Shown piece by piece: positions 10,290 to 19,237 of a stretch of DNA of 64,000 nt (the first letter of the stretch is position 1; each line of letters begins with the position of its first letter). The translations under genes were made by a program, and so were the position numbers. The notes under the pieces are model-generated. The model made no database searches, was not told the DNA's origin, and was given only the letters and a program-made list of their open reading frames with translations. Origin of the DNA: a virus; IMG/VR virus record IMGVR_UViG_3300027724_000010, positions 5,815-69,814 of that record; one strand, given 5' to 3'.

Positions 10290-10930
10290 TCTGCTATACT
10301 ACTATTGTGGTGATCTAATATTTTTACTTCTCTTTTATTCATAATATCTATTAAATACTCATAAGTAAATGGTTTATATTCTCCTAATAGTTGTATTGCG
10401 GAATCTATTCCTACATCAAATGCTTTTATAGAATTATAATATTTATGTATAAGTGATTTACCAGTTCTTATATTATCATGAACATGACCATAAAAATGAT
10501 AACTACTTCTACCTATAGAATCCCAACTTAAAATAGGTTCATGAGAAAGTACACATAATTTACCATTTATTATTACATTTTCTCTCCATCCTAAGTAAGT
10601 TACATTATTATCTTTACATGCTTGCACTAGTCTTTCTACATTATCATGATTACCACGTAATACATAAATATTATTACAGTTTAAAGATTTAAATAATGCA
10701 TCATAATCTTTATCTCCAAACATTAAATCTCCTAATATGAATAAATAATGATGAGGTAAAACATAATTATTTATATTACCTATAATTACCCCATTCATAT
10801 GATCTACAGATTTAAAATCTCTAGTTGCTCCACTTTCCCATGTACTTAAATCTTTAATAAGGTTAGAATGATTAATGTGTAAATCTGATACTAGATGTAC
10901 TTCATTATCTGGTGCTTTTATTTTTATCAT
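10286..10930 (-). CDS. calcineurin-like metallophosphoesterase
   Basis: motifs VSDLH, GDLMFGD and GNHD in the canonical order. Confidence 0.75.
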   Translation of the reverse strand: MIKIKAPDNEVHLVSDLHINHSNLIKDLSTWESGATRDFKSVDHMNGVIIGNINNYVLPHHYLFILGDLMFGDKDYDALFKSLNCNNIYVLRGNHDNVERLVQACKDNNVTYLGWRENVIINGKLCVLSHEPILSWDSIGRSSYHFYGHVHDNIRTGKSLIHKYYNSIKAFDVGIDSAIQLLGEYKPFTYEYLIDIMNKREVKILDHHNSSIAE

Positions 10931-11139
10931 CTTTTAAATTTTACTTCTATTTTAGTATTTTTTTGTCTTTTAATATGCGGAAAATAATAACTAAGATTAT
11001 TATATATATTATTTGTTATTTGCTCTGGATCAAGATTAGTAGTATAAAAACTATATAACACTTCAGTAGTATTTTGATTAAATCTCCATTTTTTATGATT
11101 CTTTTTAAGTTTACAATCATATATTTTAACAACAATCAT
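10927..11139 (-). CDS. hypothetical small protein
   Basis: 70-aa ORF coupled to the upstream gene. Confidence 0.4.
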   Translation of the reverse strand: MIVVKIYDCKLKKNHKKWRFNQNTTEVLYSFYTTNLDPEQITNNIYNNLSYYFPHIKRQKNTKIEVKFKR

Positions 11140-11258
11140 TTACTTAAACAAAGTATCTTTTAAATAATTTATTACTTCATTTACAAAATTATCAAACTCT
11201 AACCAATCTAAATCAATTTTTTTATCTGTTTGTCTCATTTTAAATTATTTAAATATTA

Positions 11259-11290
11259 TAAAAAAGTAGCAGCTAACCCCTTACTGCTAC
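11259..11290 (-). terminator. rho-independent terminator (minus strand)
   Basis: GTAGCAG-CTAACCCCTTA-CTGCTAC hairpin followed on the minus strand by a T6 run. Confidence 0.5.
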
Positions 11291-11470
11291 TATATCAGGG
11301 AATAATGGGAATCACTTTACCCACTACTTTGATTAACCTGCTCATAGTCCACTATGATGCTTCTATATACTATAGATTTTCGCCTCTTTGTTATATTATC
11401 TACAACCCCTTCGCTAACAAAGGATAGGTTTAGTATATTTACTCTACTTATATGGAGAAAGGGATTCAGG

Positions 11471-11995
11471 TTATTTAACTTTATAAGATGAACCACCTAC
11501 AGTAACTGATATAATTTTTTTAGGATCTACTAGTTTAAAATTACCTTTATTAGTTTTAACAACTAAATATCCTAAAGAATCCATAAAATTTTTATCAGAC
11601 ATTTGTCCGTTTAATGTTCTAATACTACCATCTTTTTTTTCAAAAGTAATACCAAAAAACTTACCAACATTTGTTCTAAGTATTTTTACTACTGCTTTTT
11701 TAGAAACATTATTTTGTGTAGTAGCAACAACAGGAGAAACTTGTTGAGTAATTGGTGCAATATAATATACTCTATATTTCCCATCTTTATATGTTAAATT
11801 TGGTATATAAAACATAGCTGTTTGATCCATTATTTCACTAATATCTGCTTGATAGAATTTCTCATTAGGATATAATTTTCTACACTCTATTTTTATATCC
11901 AAAGTTGTAGTTGGTCTAACAGCAAGTAATTGTTCAGCTACTGCTATAACTGTAGCTTCTAACTTATTTAATTTTTTAACTTTTACGTTTGACAT
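11471..11995 (-). CDS. hypothetical protein with a K-rich N-terminus
   Basis: 174-aa ORF; basic N-terminal segment suggests nucleic-acid binding but no motif recognised. Confidence 0.55.
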   Translation of the reverse strand: MSNVKVKKLNKLEATVIAVAEQLLAVRPTTTLDIKIECRKLYPNEKFYQADISEIMDQTAMFYIPNLTYKDGKYRVYYIAPITQQVSPVVATTQNNVSKKAVVKILRTNVGKFFGITFEKKDGSIRTLNGQMSDKNFMDSLGYLVVKTNKGNFKLVDPKKIISVTVGGSSYKVK

Positions 11996-12000
11996 TGTTT

Positions 12001-12465
12001 TTATTTATTTTCGTAATTAAATTTTTTATATTTTTTAAGCTTTAACGTTTTTATTTTATAACTATCCATTTGTTTAGCTAAATTTACTAAACCAAAATTT
12101 ATAGCACCTTGTATTATACAATTAAGATAATCAGGTGTTGGTAACCTATCAAGATGATCGTGATATAAACTCATATTTTCAATATATACACAAGCTATTT
12201 CACTATCTATTATAAAATGTTGTTTTTCATAAAATGCTTCAAACATATCTAGCCTTTTATGTTGTGTAGGTGTTAATATATATAATATACCTTCAACAAT
12301 ATTACCTTTATTTGGTCTTATATCTGCATAACCACGTGGAGTTATATACAACTCATAATCTACAAGGTTGTATTTACCAAAAACTTCTACTTTACCAACT
12401 CTAGCTTCTAAACGATCTATAAGTAGATTAGATCCGTAAGCGAAATACAATAATCTTTGCATCAT
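12001..12465 (-). CDS. gamma-glutamyl cyclotransferase-like (GGCT/AIG2 fold) protein
   Basis: N-terminal YFAYGSNL motif characteristic of GGCT/AIG2. Confidence 0.7.
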   Translation of the reverse strand: MMQRLLYFAYGSNLLIDRLEARVGKVEVFGKYNLVDYELYITPRGYADIRPNKGNIVEGILYILTPTQHKRLDMFEAFYEKQHFIIDSEIACVYIENMSLYHDHLDRLPTPDYLNCIIQGAINFGLVNLAKQMDSYKIKTLKLKKYKKFNYENK

Positions 12466-12944
12466 TTGTTATAAATTACAACTGTAACATCACAGTCTTT
12501 TAATTCTTGTTTAATAAGAAGTTTAACTACATCCCAATCGCCGCCTGCAATACCACATCCTATTTGCGGTAATCCTATATGCTTACCTTTAAATTCATGA
12601 TTCATTTTACGTAAACATAATGTTAAAGCTTCATAATCTAAATTAGGTCCTAGCTGATATTGTGTGTAAGCATTTACAACTACTACTCTTGGATGTATTA
12701 TTTCATCATTTATAAATTTGTAATATTCTCTATAACTTATTCTACCTAATTTATTGATATCTCCTTTAAGCATTGGTAATTCTAATGGATATTTTCTAAA
12801 ATTATTAGTATCAAATATATCACTCATTTGTTTAGCTATACCAGCACCTTGTAAACAAAAACAGTTCGTTCCATGTGCTATAACATCAAAAGAGCCTGCA
12901 AGCGCAAGCTCTATTAAATTTCCATCTATTTCTCTATATTGCAT
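12462..12944 (-). CDS. macro-domain-like protein (ADP-ribose binding/processing)
   Basis: HGTNCF…GAGIAKQ glycine-rich loop and ~160-aa size consistent with a macro domain; divergent. Confidence 0.5.
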   Translation of the reverse strand: MQYREIDGNLIELALAGSFDVIAHGTNCFCLQGAGIAKQMSDIFDTNNFRKYPLELPMLKGDINKLGRISYREYYKFINDEIIHPRVVVVNAYTQYQLGPNLDYEALTLCLRKMNHEFKGKHIGLPQIGCGIAGGDWDVVKLLIKQELKDCDVTVVIYNK

Positions 12945-12946
12945 TC

Positions 12947-13162
12947 TTATTTCATTTTATAATTATGATATATATTACTAAGTTCGAAACCTAAAAAAGC
13001 AAAAGAAATAATTGTAATAGTATCTATATAAATATTTTCTTTACCTAAAAAAATAACTATTAAATAATAAATTACAGTTGGTATAAGAAAAGTTAAAACC
13101 ATTATAGCATAAATTATAAAAAAGTATTCTATAACAGAAAATATTTTTTTTAATGTTTTCAT
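12947..13162 (-). CDS. small membrane protein
   Basis: 71-aa ORF with two hydrophobic helices. Confidence 0.45.
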   Translation of the reverse strand: MKTLKKIFSVIEYFFIIYAIMVLTFLIPTVIYYLIVIFLGKENIYIDTITIISFAFLGFELSNIYHNYKMK

Positions 13163-13171
13163 GTTATTTAT

Positions 13172-13363
13172 TTAGTACCAACAAGTTACTATAGATGCTG
13201 GTGGTATAAAAACACCTATAAGATGTATTACTTCTTCTTTGAAAGGTGCTTCAAAATCACAATTAAACAATCCAACAAGATTTGCAATCCAACATACTGC
13301 TATAAAAACCCATATTAAACATCCAAAAAGGGATATCCCATCATCTAAAATATCGTTTCTCAT
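13172..13363 (-). CDS. small membrane protein
   Basis: 63-aa hydrophobic ORF. Confidence 0.4.
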   Translation of the reverse strand: MRNDILDDGISLFGCLIWVFIAVCWIANLVGLFNCDFEAPFKEEVIHLIGVFIPPASIVTCWY

Positions 13364-13432
13364 TTTTATTTATTTGTTATTAATTTACAAAAGCTTCCAT
13401 TTCTTAAGCTCTTGTTGTGTAAAATTTCTAAA

Positions 13433-13882
13433 TTAATCTTTTTGACAATCTCCTCTAATTCCAAACATAATTGGAAATCTTGGAAGACCATCATCAGTAT
13501 ATTCAAAAAATCTTATATTAGCAATCTTACCAATATATTTTTCTTTGTTAGTTAAAAATTCTTTTCTATCTTCGTGTGAGTATTTTAATCCTGCTCTAAA
13601 AGTATAGGTATTAACACCAGATACCTTTTGATTAGTATATTTTAATACTGGTACTCCCCATTCTGGACGTTGTTCGGCAGGTACAATATCAACTATTTCA
13701 GCATCTATATCTTGAAAATCTTTATACTTTAATAAATTAGACGATCTACCATTACATTTGTAATACCCATCAGTTCTTACAATAGATCCTTCATATCCTG
13801 TCGATATAAATTCTTTATGATATTCTAATAATTCTCTTTCGTTTTTTATTTTAAATGTATCTACTAATATTATAGTATTCAT
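13433..13882 (-). CDS. ATP-dependent DNA ligase, C-terminal fragment (motifs IV and V plus OB domain)
   Basis: EGSIVR (motif IV) and LLKYK (motif V); C-terminus YIGKIANIRFFEYTDDGLPRFPIMFGIRGD closely resembles Chlorella-virus/T7-type minimal ligases. Confidence 0.8.
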   Translation of the reverse strand: MNTIILVDTFKIKNERELLEYHKEFISTGYEGSIVRTDGYYKCNGRSSNLLKYKDFQDIDAEIVDIVPAEQRPEWGVPVLKYTNQKVSGVNTYTFRAGLKYSHEDRKEFLTNKEKYIGKIANIRFFEYTDDGLPRFPIMFGIRGDCQKD

Positions 13883-14496
13883 ATTTTATTACTTTTTTTA
13901 ATATTATCTATTGCCCAAAGTGCTTGTTGGTTTTTATAATTAAAACATTTACGCTGTTCTTCGGGATCTGTTAAATCGAATAAAGAACATGGGATAATAT
14001 GATCAATATGCCACTCACCATAGTTATCCCATGACATATTATTTACAAATGATTTTTCAAGATGTATTTTAAATTCTTCAATTGTACAACCTATTAAATC
14101 CATAGTAGTATTTGATTTTTTAGATATTCCAAAAATAGCATGGTGCACTCTAGTTCTTAAATTTTCTTTAAGTCTATAATTAATATCTATTTTTCTTCTT
14201 TCTATTTTATTATTAGGGTGAGATACTCTATATCGTTTATTAGTTGCTTTAATTACTTCTGGATATTTTTCTCTATACTCTTGAGCTTTTTTAAGAATTT
14301 TTTCTGTATTACTATTATAGTGATTTTTACTGTATTGTATATGCCTTTCAGGATCTGCAGCATAAAGTTTTCTTCTTCTTATATTATTGCAGTCAACACA
14401 TACATACCATTGATTCTTTAAATGTTTAAACTTATCAATATTTAAAAAATTATTACAATGGTTACATTTTACATCACCGTTTTCATTTGTTTGCAT
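13879..14496 (-). CDS. HNH endonuclease inserted between the two ligase halves
   Basis: N-terminal Cys pairs (CNHC…CVDC) and canonical HNH WHIDHIIPCS…N motif. Confidence 0.8.
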   Translation of the reverse strand: MQTNENGDVKCNHCNNFLNIDKFKHLKNQWYVCVDCNNIRRRKLYAADPERHIQYSKNHYNSNTEKILKKAQEYREKYPEVIKATNKRYRVSHPNNKIERRKIDINYRLKENLRTRVHHAIFGISKKSNTTMDLIGCTIEEFKIHLEKSFVNNMSWDNYGEWHIDHIIPCSLFDLTDPEEQRKCFNYKNQQALWAIDNIKKSNKI

Positions 14497-14550
14497 ATCT
14501 GTACTTTATTTTAGTACAAATATACACATTTTATTTTACTTTTTATTATA

Positions 14551-15201
14551 TTATTTCAGAATATTTTCTAATTTATCTTTTCTTTCTGAATATAATAAAT
14601 CAGGATCAACAATATCATAAACATGATATTTTACATTTTCTGTTTCTCCTTTTCTATACTTCTTAATAAGTTTCATATTATCCTGAAAACCTAATCCATG
14701 AGCGTATAATTCTCCATCTAAAATAATATCTTGTGGAGTAATTTGTAATAATTCTTTTTGAATATGTTCCATATTTTCAATAATTCTACCATCTCTAGAG
14801 ATTAATTTAGGAACTCTTCCATCAGCGTATATATGAGCTAAACAACGCATACCATCTAACTTTGGTTGTACAAAACAATTATTCCAATCTATTTTGTGTG
14901 CTTCGTCTTTATAAGATTTAGCTAGCATTGGTAGTTGTACTGTATTATCTTCTGCTTCTTTTTCTGTTAAAAAATATCCTTCTTGTAACTTAGAAGCAAT
15001 TATAGAATTAACTTCTAATACTGCTTGTTGTTCTGCTGTAGTAGCGTTAGCTTTACCTACATTTTTAGGTTTAGCAACTTTAGTATGTTCTACTTCATTT
15101 GCTGTACCAACCATACCAGAACGCTGTATAATACTACTACCATTTGCTATTACATTTAAGTATCTAGTATTTCCATGACTATCTTTACGATATATTATCA
15201 T
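14551..15201 (-). CDS. ATP-dependent DNA ligase, N-terminal fragment (adenylation domain motifs I-IIIa)
   Basis: KLDGMRC (motif I KxDGxR), ILDGELY (motif III) and YHVYDI (motif IIIa). Confidence 0.8.
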   Translation of the reverse strand: MIIYRKDSHGNTRYLNVIANGSSIIQRSGMVGTANEVEHTKVAKPKNVGKANATTAEQQAVLEVNSIIASKLQEGYFLTEKEAEDNTVQLPMLAKSYKDEAHKIDWNNCFVQPKLDGMRCLAHIYADGRVPKLISRDGRIIENMEHIQKELLQITPQDIILDGELYAHGLGFQDNMKLIKKYRKGETENVKYHVYDIVDPDLLYSERKDKLENILK

Positions 15202-15362
15202 TTTAAACTAATTTTATTATATTATTTATAGTACTTGTTTTTTGATTTATAACATTATGTTGATATAAATCATAAAATTTAAAATCATCAGATACATATT
15301 CAAAAATAGCATAACCATCAAGTTGTAATCTTAATATCCCAACTCTATAAAAATACTCTTTT

Positions 15363-15680
15363 TTATTCATTTTTTAGTAATTTTAGATATATGTCTTTAT
15401 GCGATTCTTTAAAAAATGATTCAGAATATGTATGTAGTAATTCATTATTACAGTATTTTAATACGTGTTTATTATATAATTTATAATGTATTTCGCTTTT
15501 ATCTGTATTATCGTTTTCTATACACCATTGTATTTTAAAACCATTCAAATATCTAGGTTCATCTGATTCTTTACACTCGTTTAAGCGCTTTCTTAATATA
15601 TGTAATGGATTATTTTCATAACCCATAAATTTTAGAGCAGCTTCTTCTTCTGAAAAAGCTACTCCGTTTATCATTATCAT
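15363..15680 (-). CDS. hypothetical protein
   Basis: 105-aa ORF. Confidence 0.5.
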   Translation of the reverse strand: MIMINGVAFSEEEAALKFMGYENNPLHILRKRLNECKESDEPRYLNGFKIQWCIENDNTDKSEIHYKLYNKHVLKYCNNELLHTYSESFFKESHKDIYLKLLKNE

Positions 15681-15681
15681 C

Positions 15682-16032
15682 TTAAAATAATTTAATAATT
15701 TTTGTTAAACCAATATATTCTTCTCCTCCGCCTTCATGCTCACAACATTTTCTTATTTTTAATTTATATAATATTTTATCTATTAACCAGGGTATAGTAA
15801 TGGTAGGAATAACTCCCTTAACATTATATGAATCTATTATTTGATTAAGATACCATAACTGTTCATAAGTATTTACTCTAACAGTTAGATCGTTTAAAAA
15901 TCTTGGTCTATTTACATACATACGAATACCTTCTTCAGTATATTCTTGTTCTAATTTTTTAGCTATAGCGTAACTAGTATCGTCTGGATATTTAACTATT
16001 TGCATTTTGTTCTCTATTATCACCATCACCAT
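15682..16032 (-). CDS. hypothetical protein
   Basis: 116-aa ORF; likely uses an internal start because it overlaps the upstream gene. Confidence 0.5.
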   Translation of the reverse strand: MVMVIIENKMQIVKYPDDTSYAIAKKLEQEYTEEGIRMYVNRPRFLNDLTVRVNTYEQLWYLNQIIDSYNVKGVIPTITIPWLIDKILYKLKIRKCCEHEGGGEEYIGLTKIIKLF

Positions 16033-16492
16033 GAAGAGTATTTGTTTCTCTTCTTAGCATTAGTTTGTTATAATTATCTTCTAGTATTTTTAATATTTCT
16101 TCTTCTGGAAGATGATCTAATATACCAAAAGCAAAGTTAGATAGTATATAATAAACTTTTTCTTTATCTATTGGTTTATTATCTCTATAATGTTTTTTTA
16201 CTATACCGTATAACAACTCAACTCTAAACTCTCTCTCATCTAACTCTTTTCGTTCTGTTATTACTTTATTAAATGATATACCTAGTTCGTTACATAAAGC
16301 ACATAAGTACCATACTACATCACCTAACTCTTTATTTATACTTTCTTCTGATTCACCATCTAGTATTTTTTCTTTTACTTCATCTATCTCATCAAAAAGA
16401 CCTACTAAACAGTAATATAAACCAGCATCATCTACTTTTTTAGGGTATACTGCTGTTTTATTTATAATTTCTTCGTATTTTATTAAATTCAT
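15992..16492 (-). CDS. MazG-like nucleoside triphosphate pyrophosphohydrolase
   Basis: LFDEIDEVKE…ELGDVVWYLCALCNELGISF matches the MazG EExxE/ExxD metal-binding helices. Confidence 0.75.
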   Translation of the reverse strand: MNLIKYEEIINKTAVYPKKVDDAGLYYCLVGLFDEIDEVKEKILDGESEESINKELGDVVWYLCALCNELGISFNKVITERKELDEREFRVELLYGIVKKHYRDNKPIDKEKVYYILSNFAFGILDHLPEEEILKILEDNYNKLMLRRETNTLHGDGDNREQNANS

Positions 16493-16770
16493 TTTTTATT
16501 TATTTTTAATCTTTCGTGTAATCCAAAATCAGCACCAATAAGACCACCAACTAAACTAAATATAACCAATAAATAGTTACCTTTAATTATAGCATTTACT
16601 CCTATAGCTGTACTTATTAACCAAGTTATATGAACAATGCTACCTGTCCAAAATAACTTCCATCTATCTTTTTCTATATTAGCATTTACATTTACAGTTC
16701 TATAATATATAAATATAAACTGAGTAAACAATATTATAAATGCTTGTAACCAAATATTAAGTGTTTCCAT
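16489..16770 (-). CDS. small membrane protein (3 TM)
   Basis: 93-aa ORF with three hydrophobic helices. Confidence 0.5.
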   Translation of the reverse strand: METLNIWLQAFIILFTQFIFIYYRTVNVNANIEKDRWKLFWTGSIVHITWLISTAIGVNAIIKGNYLLVIFSLVGGLIGADFGLHERLKINKK

Positions 16771-16821
16771 TTAACTATTTTTATAAGTTTTCATAATTTA
16801 GTATTGTTCTCCACTCTTCCA

Positions 16822-17115
16822 TTATTTAATGTTTTTGTTATTAATTAAATAATGATAATTATAAAAAAGCATATTACACATAACATGGGCAGAATGGGGT
16901 AATTGAGATTCAGAATCATATACTTCACCATCCATCATTGCTGTTAAATGTCTCATAGCGGATTCCATTATTTCTTTATCATCCAATCCACCTTTCCAAT
17001 TATCTGCTGTATATTTTTTTGCACCGTATTCTAATACGCGAACCATTGGTTCTAAAGATTTCCACTCTACTAAACTCCATTTAGTTTTACCTTCATTATA
17101 TCTACTTCCTGACAT
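16822..17115 (-). CDS. dATP/dGTP pyrophosphohydrolase-like protein (DUF550 family)
   Basis: WSLVEWKSLEPMVRVLEYGAKKY…W…AMRHL…GE…DSESQLPHSAHVMCN matches the DUF550 pattern recalled from phage homologues. Confidence 0.6.
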   Translation of the reverse strand: MSGSRYNEGKTKWSLVEWKSLEPMVRVLEYGAKKYTADNWKGGLDDKEIMESAMRHLTAMMDGEVYDSESQLPHSAHVMCNMLFYNYHYLINNKNIK

Positions 17116-17144
17116 ACTTTATATTTTTACATTTTATATTATAT

Positions 17145-17181
17145 TTTAAATTAAAAACCCCACCCACTTTTCAGCAGATGG
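17145..17181 (-). terminator. probable rho-independent terminator (minus strand)
   Basis: G/C-rich inverted repeat (ACCCCA…TGGGGT) followed by a T5 run on the minus strand, downstream of the 17210..17392 gene. Confidence 0.4.
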
Positions 17182-17209
17182 GGTAAACGAACACTTATGT
17201 TTAAAACTT

Positions 17210-17392
17210 TTATGTTACTTCTTGTAACATTCCTGAATCTATTAAAATTATATCCGCAGATCCAGTAACAGCTAATTTATTTAAAGCTACTACTTGATCA
17301 TCTGTTAGTTCTGGAAGATATAGAGTAATTTTAGTACCTTTATCAGCCATAACTCCATTGTGTTTTAAAACAACGCTTTCTAATCTTATCAT
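17210..17392 (-). CDS. hypothetical small protein
   Basis: 60-aa ORF. Confidence 0.4.
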   Translation of the reverse strand: MIRLESVVLKHNGVMADKGTKITLYLPELTDDQVVALNKLAVTGSADIILIDSGMLQEVT

Positions 17393-17435
17393 TTTTATAA
17401 ATTTATTTACTGCAAAGATACAATAAATAATTATA

Positions 17436-18086
17436 TTAATGATAAATACTTTCTTTTATTTTATCAAATTCGACAAAATATTCTCCATCTATTTCTTCTA
17501 GAAACTTATCTTTTTTATATTTACTTTCCGGAGAAAGTATTTCTCTAAGAACTTCTTCTAAACTTTTATGCTTCAATACTATTTTAGCTGGAATATTTTT
17601 TAAAAATAAATAATCTATAACTTCGCTTTTAGAATTTACTTTTGTTCCGAAATATTTAATAGTTTCTTTATACTCTTCAGATACTGCAGAATATCTAGAA
17701 TTAATTATTTTATTTATATCGTTATCCCATTTAGGATCTATAGATAAATAAATTATTACTTCGTCTTCTTTTATATTTATTTTTGAAAAATATTTACAAT
17801 TTACTAATAAATCAAATAGAGTGGGTAAAGGTTTATTTAAAAATATTTCATTATTGCATAATTCGTATTTTTTAAATAAAAGCTTTAATGTTCTATCGTA
17901 ATTATCATCTACTTTTTCAAACAAATAACAATTTATTAAACCATTATCATAACATAAACCCTGTAAAGAGTATTCAGCATTAGCTTCTTTTGATTTTACA
18001 TTGCTTAATATATCATTAAATAATGGTAATATTAGTACCGAACTTACAGTGCATTTATTCCACAACTCTCTATACGTCATCATCAA
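17436..18086 (-). CDS. hypothetical protein
   Basis: 216-aa ORF. Confidence 0.55.
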   Translation of the reverse strand: MMMTYRELWNKCTVSSVLILPLFNDILSNVKSKEANAEYSLQGLCYDNGLINCYLFEKVDDNYDRTLKLLFKKYELCNNEIFLNKPLPTLFDLLVNCKYFSKINIKEDEVIIYLSIDPKWDNDINKIINSRYSAVSEEYKETIKYFGTKVNSKSEVIDYLFLKNIPAKIVLKHKSLEEVLREILSPESKYKKDKFLEEIDGEYFVEFDKIKESIYH

Positions 18087-18264
18087 TTATTTCTACTACA
18101 TAATCTTCTTTTGTTAAATTTAATACTAAATCTAACATTTTATTTGTTGTAAATTTTTTTACATCTTCTGGCAAAACATTAAAATTTATCAAATTTGATT
18201 CTAACTCTTTTATCTCATCTTCTGTAGATAAAAGAATATATGCTTTTATATTGTTATTTTTCAT
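18070..18264 (-). CDS. hypothetical small acidic protein
   Basis: 64-aa ORF. Confidence 0.4.
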   Translation of the reverse strand: MKNNNIKAYILLSTEDEIKELESNLINFNVLPEDVKKFTTNKMLDLVLNLTKEDYVVEIIDDDV

Positions 18265-19231
18265 TTTCTATAATATATTTTGCTTTTATTTTTATAATTG
18301 TATTATGTAAACTTTGTTTTGTTTTTATATAAATATTTTTATTACCATAAATATTCCAACCTTGTTTTGTGTATCTAGATCTTACTCTATTCCAATAATA
18401 TAATTTTTTTAAATCTGTTCTGTTTGTTGTTATATTAGTTAAATTATCTAATAAATATTTAGTATAAGCATCTTTACTTTTATACTTTCTTACAATATTA
18501 TCAATATATGTTCTACCAAACTTATTAGAAGAAAAATATAATCTAAACAGAACTTTAACCGATTGTATATTATAATAATTGTATAATGTCAATAATGTCA
18601 TATATTGAGCATTAGTAGATTTTAATTTATCTAAATAATCAGATACAAAATCAGTATGTAATAATAACGGTAAATCTTCTTCTACTAACAAACTAAGATC
18701 TACAAAAGGTTTATCTATAGTATATTTAGAATAAATATCATAAAGTTTTTTAGCATCTTCTGTTCTAATAACAAGAGTTAAAGAATCATCTATTAAATCA
18801 AATTTACCAGCTTTCATTGTCCATTGTTTCCACGATTCGAACCTACTAACGCATGTAGGATTATTTGTATTTAATGAAGCATCAAATACAGTATCAATAC
18901 CCCTATAATGTGCAGTAGCATTTGGCTGAACCGTATTAAAATATACCCATACATTAATACCTCTAAAAGAAATATTTTCGCATGTAGTATTTGTATCAGA
19001 AAAAATATAATCTGCTTTATGGATATCTAATACCTTTTTCAGATTATATTTTTCTTTTACAATATTTATCCTATTTTTAGGAGTATTTAAATTATTACTA
19101 TAATATGTTTTATTTTTTTCTATATTATAAATATATTTCGTAGGTATTAATAGATTTTTTAAATCATTAATAAACAGCTCTAAATTAATATATCTATCTG
19201 AATTTTTTATTTTATATGTTTCTATATTCAT
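18254..19231 (-). CDS. hypothetical protein
   Basis: 325-aa ORF. Confidence 0.55.
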   Translation of the reverse strand: MNIETYKIKNSDRYINLELFINDLKNLLIPTKYIYNIEKNKTYYSNNLNTPKNRINIVKEKYNLKKVLDIHKADYIFSDTNTTCENISFRGINVWVYFNTVQPNATAHYRGIDTVFDASLNTNNPTCVSRFESWKQWTMKAGKFDLIDDSLTLVIRTEDAKKLYDIYSKYTIDKPFVDLSLLVEEDLPLLLHTDFVSDYLDKLKSTNAQYMTLLTLYNYYNIQSVKVLFRLYFSSNKFGRTYIDNIVRKYKSKDAYTKYLLDNLTNITTNRTDLKKLYYWNRVRSRYTKQGWNIYGNKNIYIKTKQSLHNTIIKIKAKYIIENEK

Positions 19232-19237
19232 TTTATT

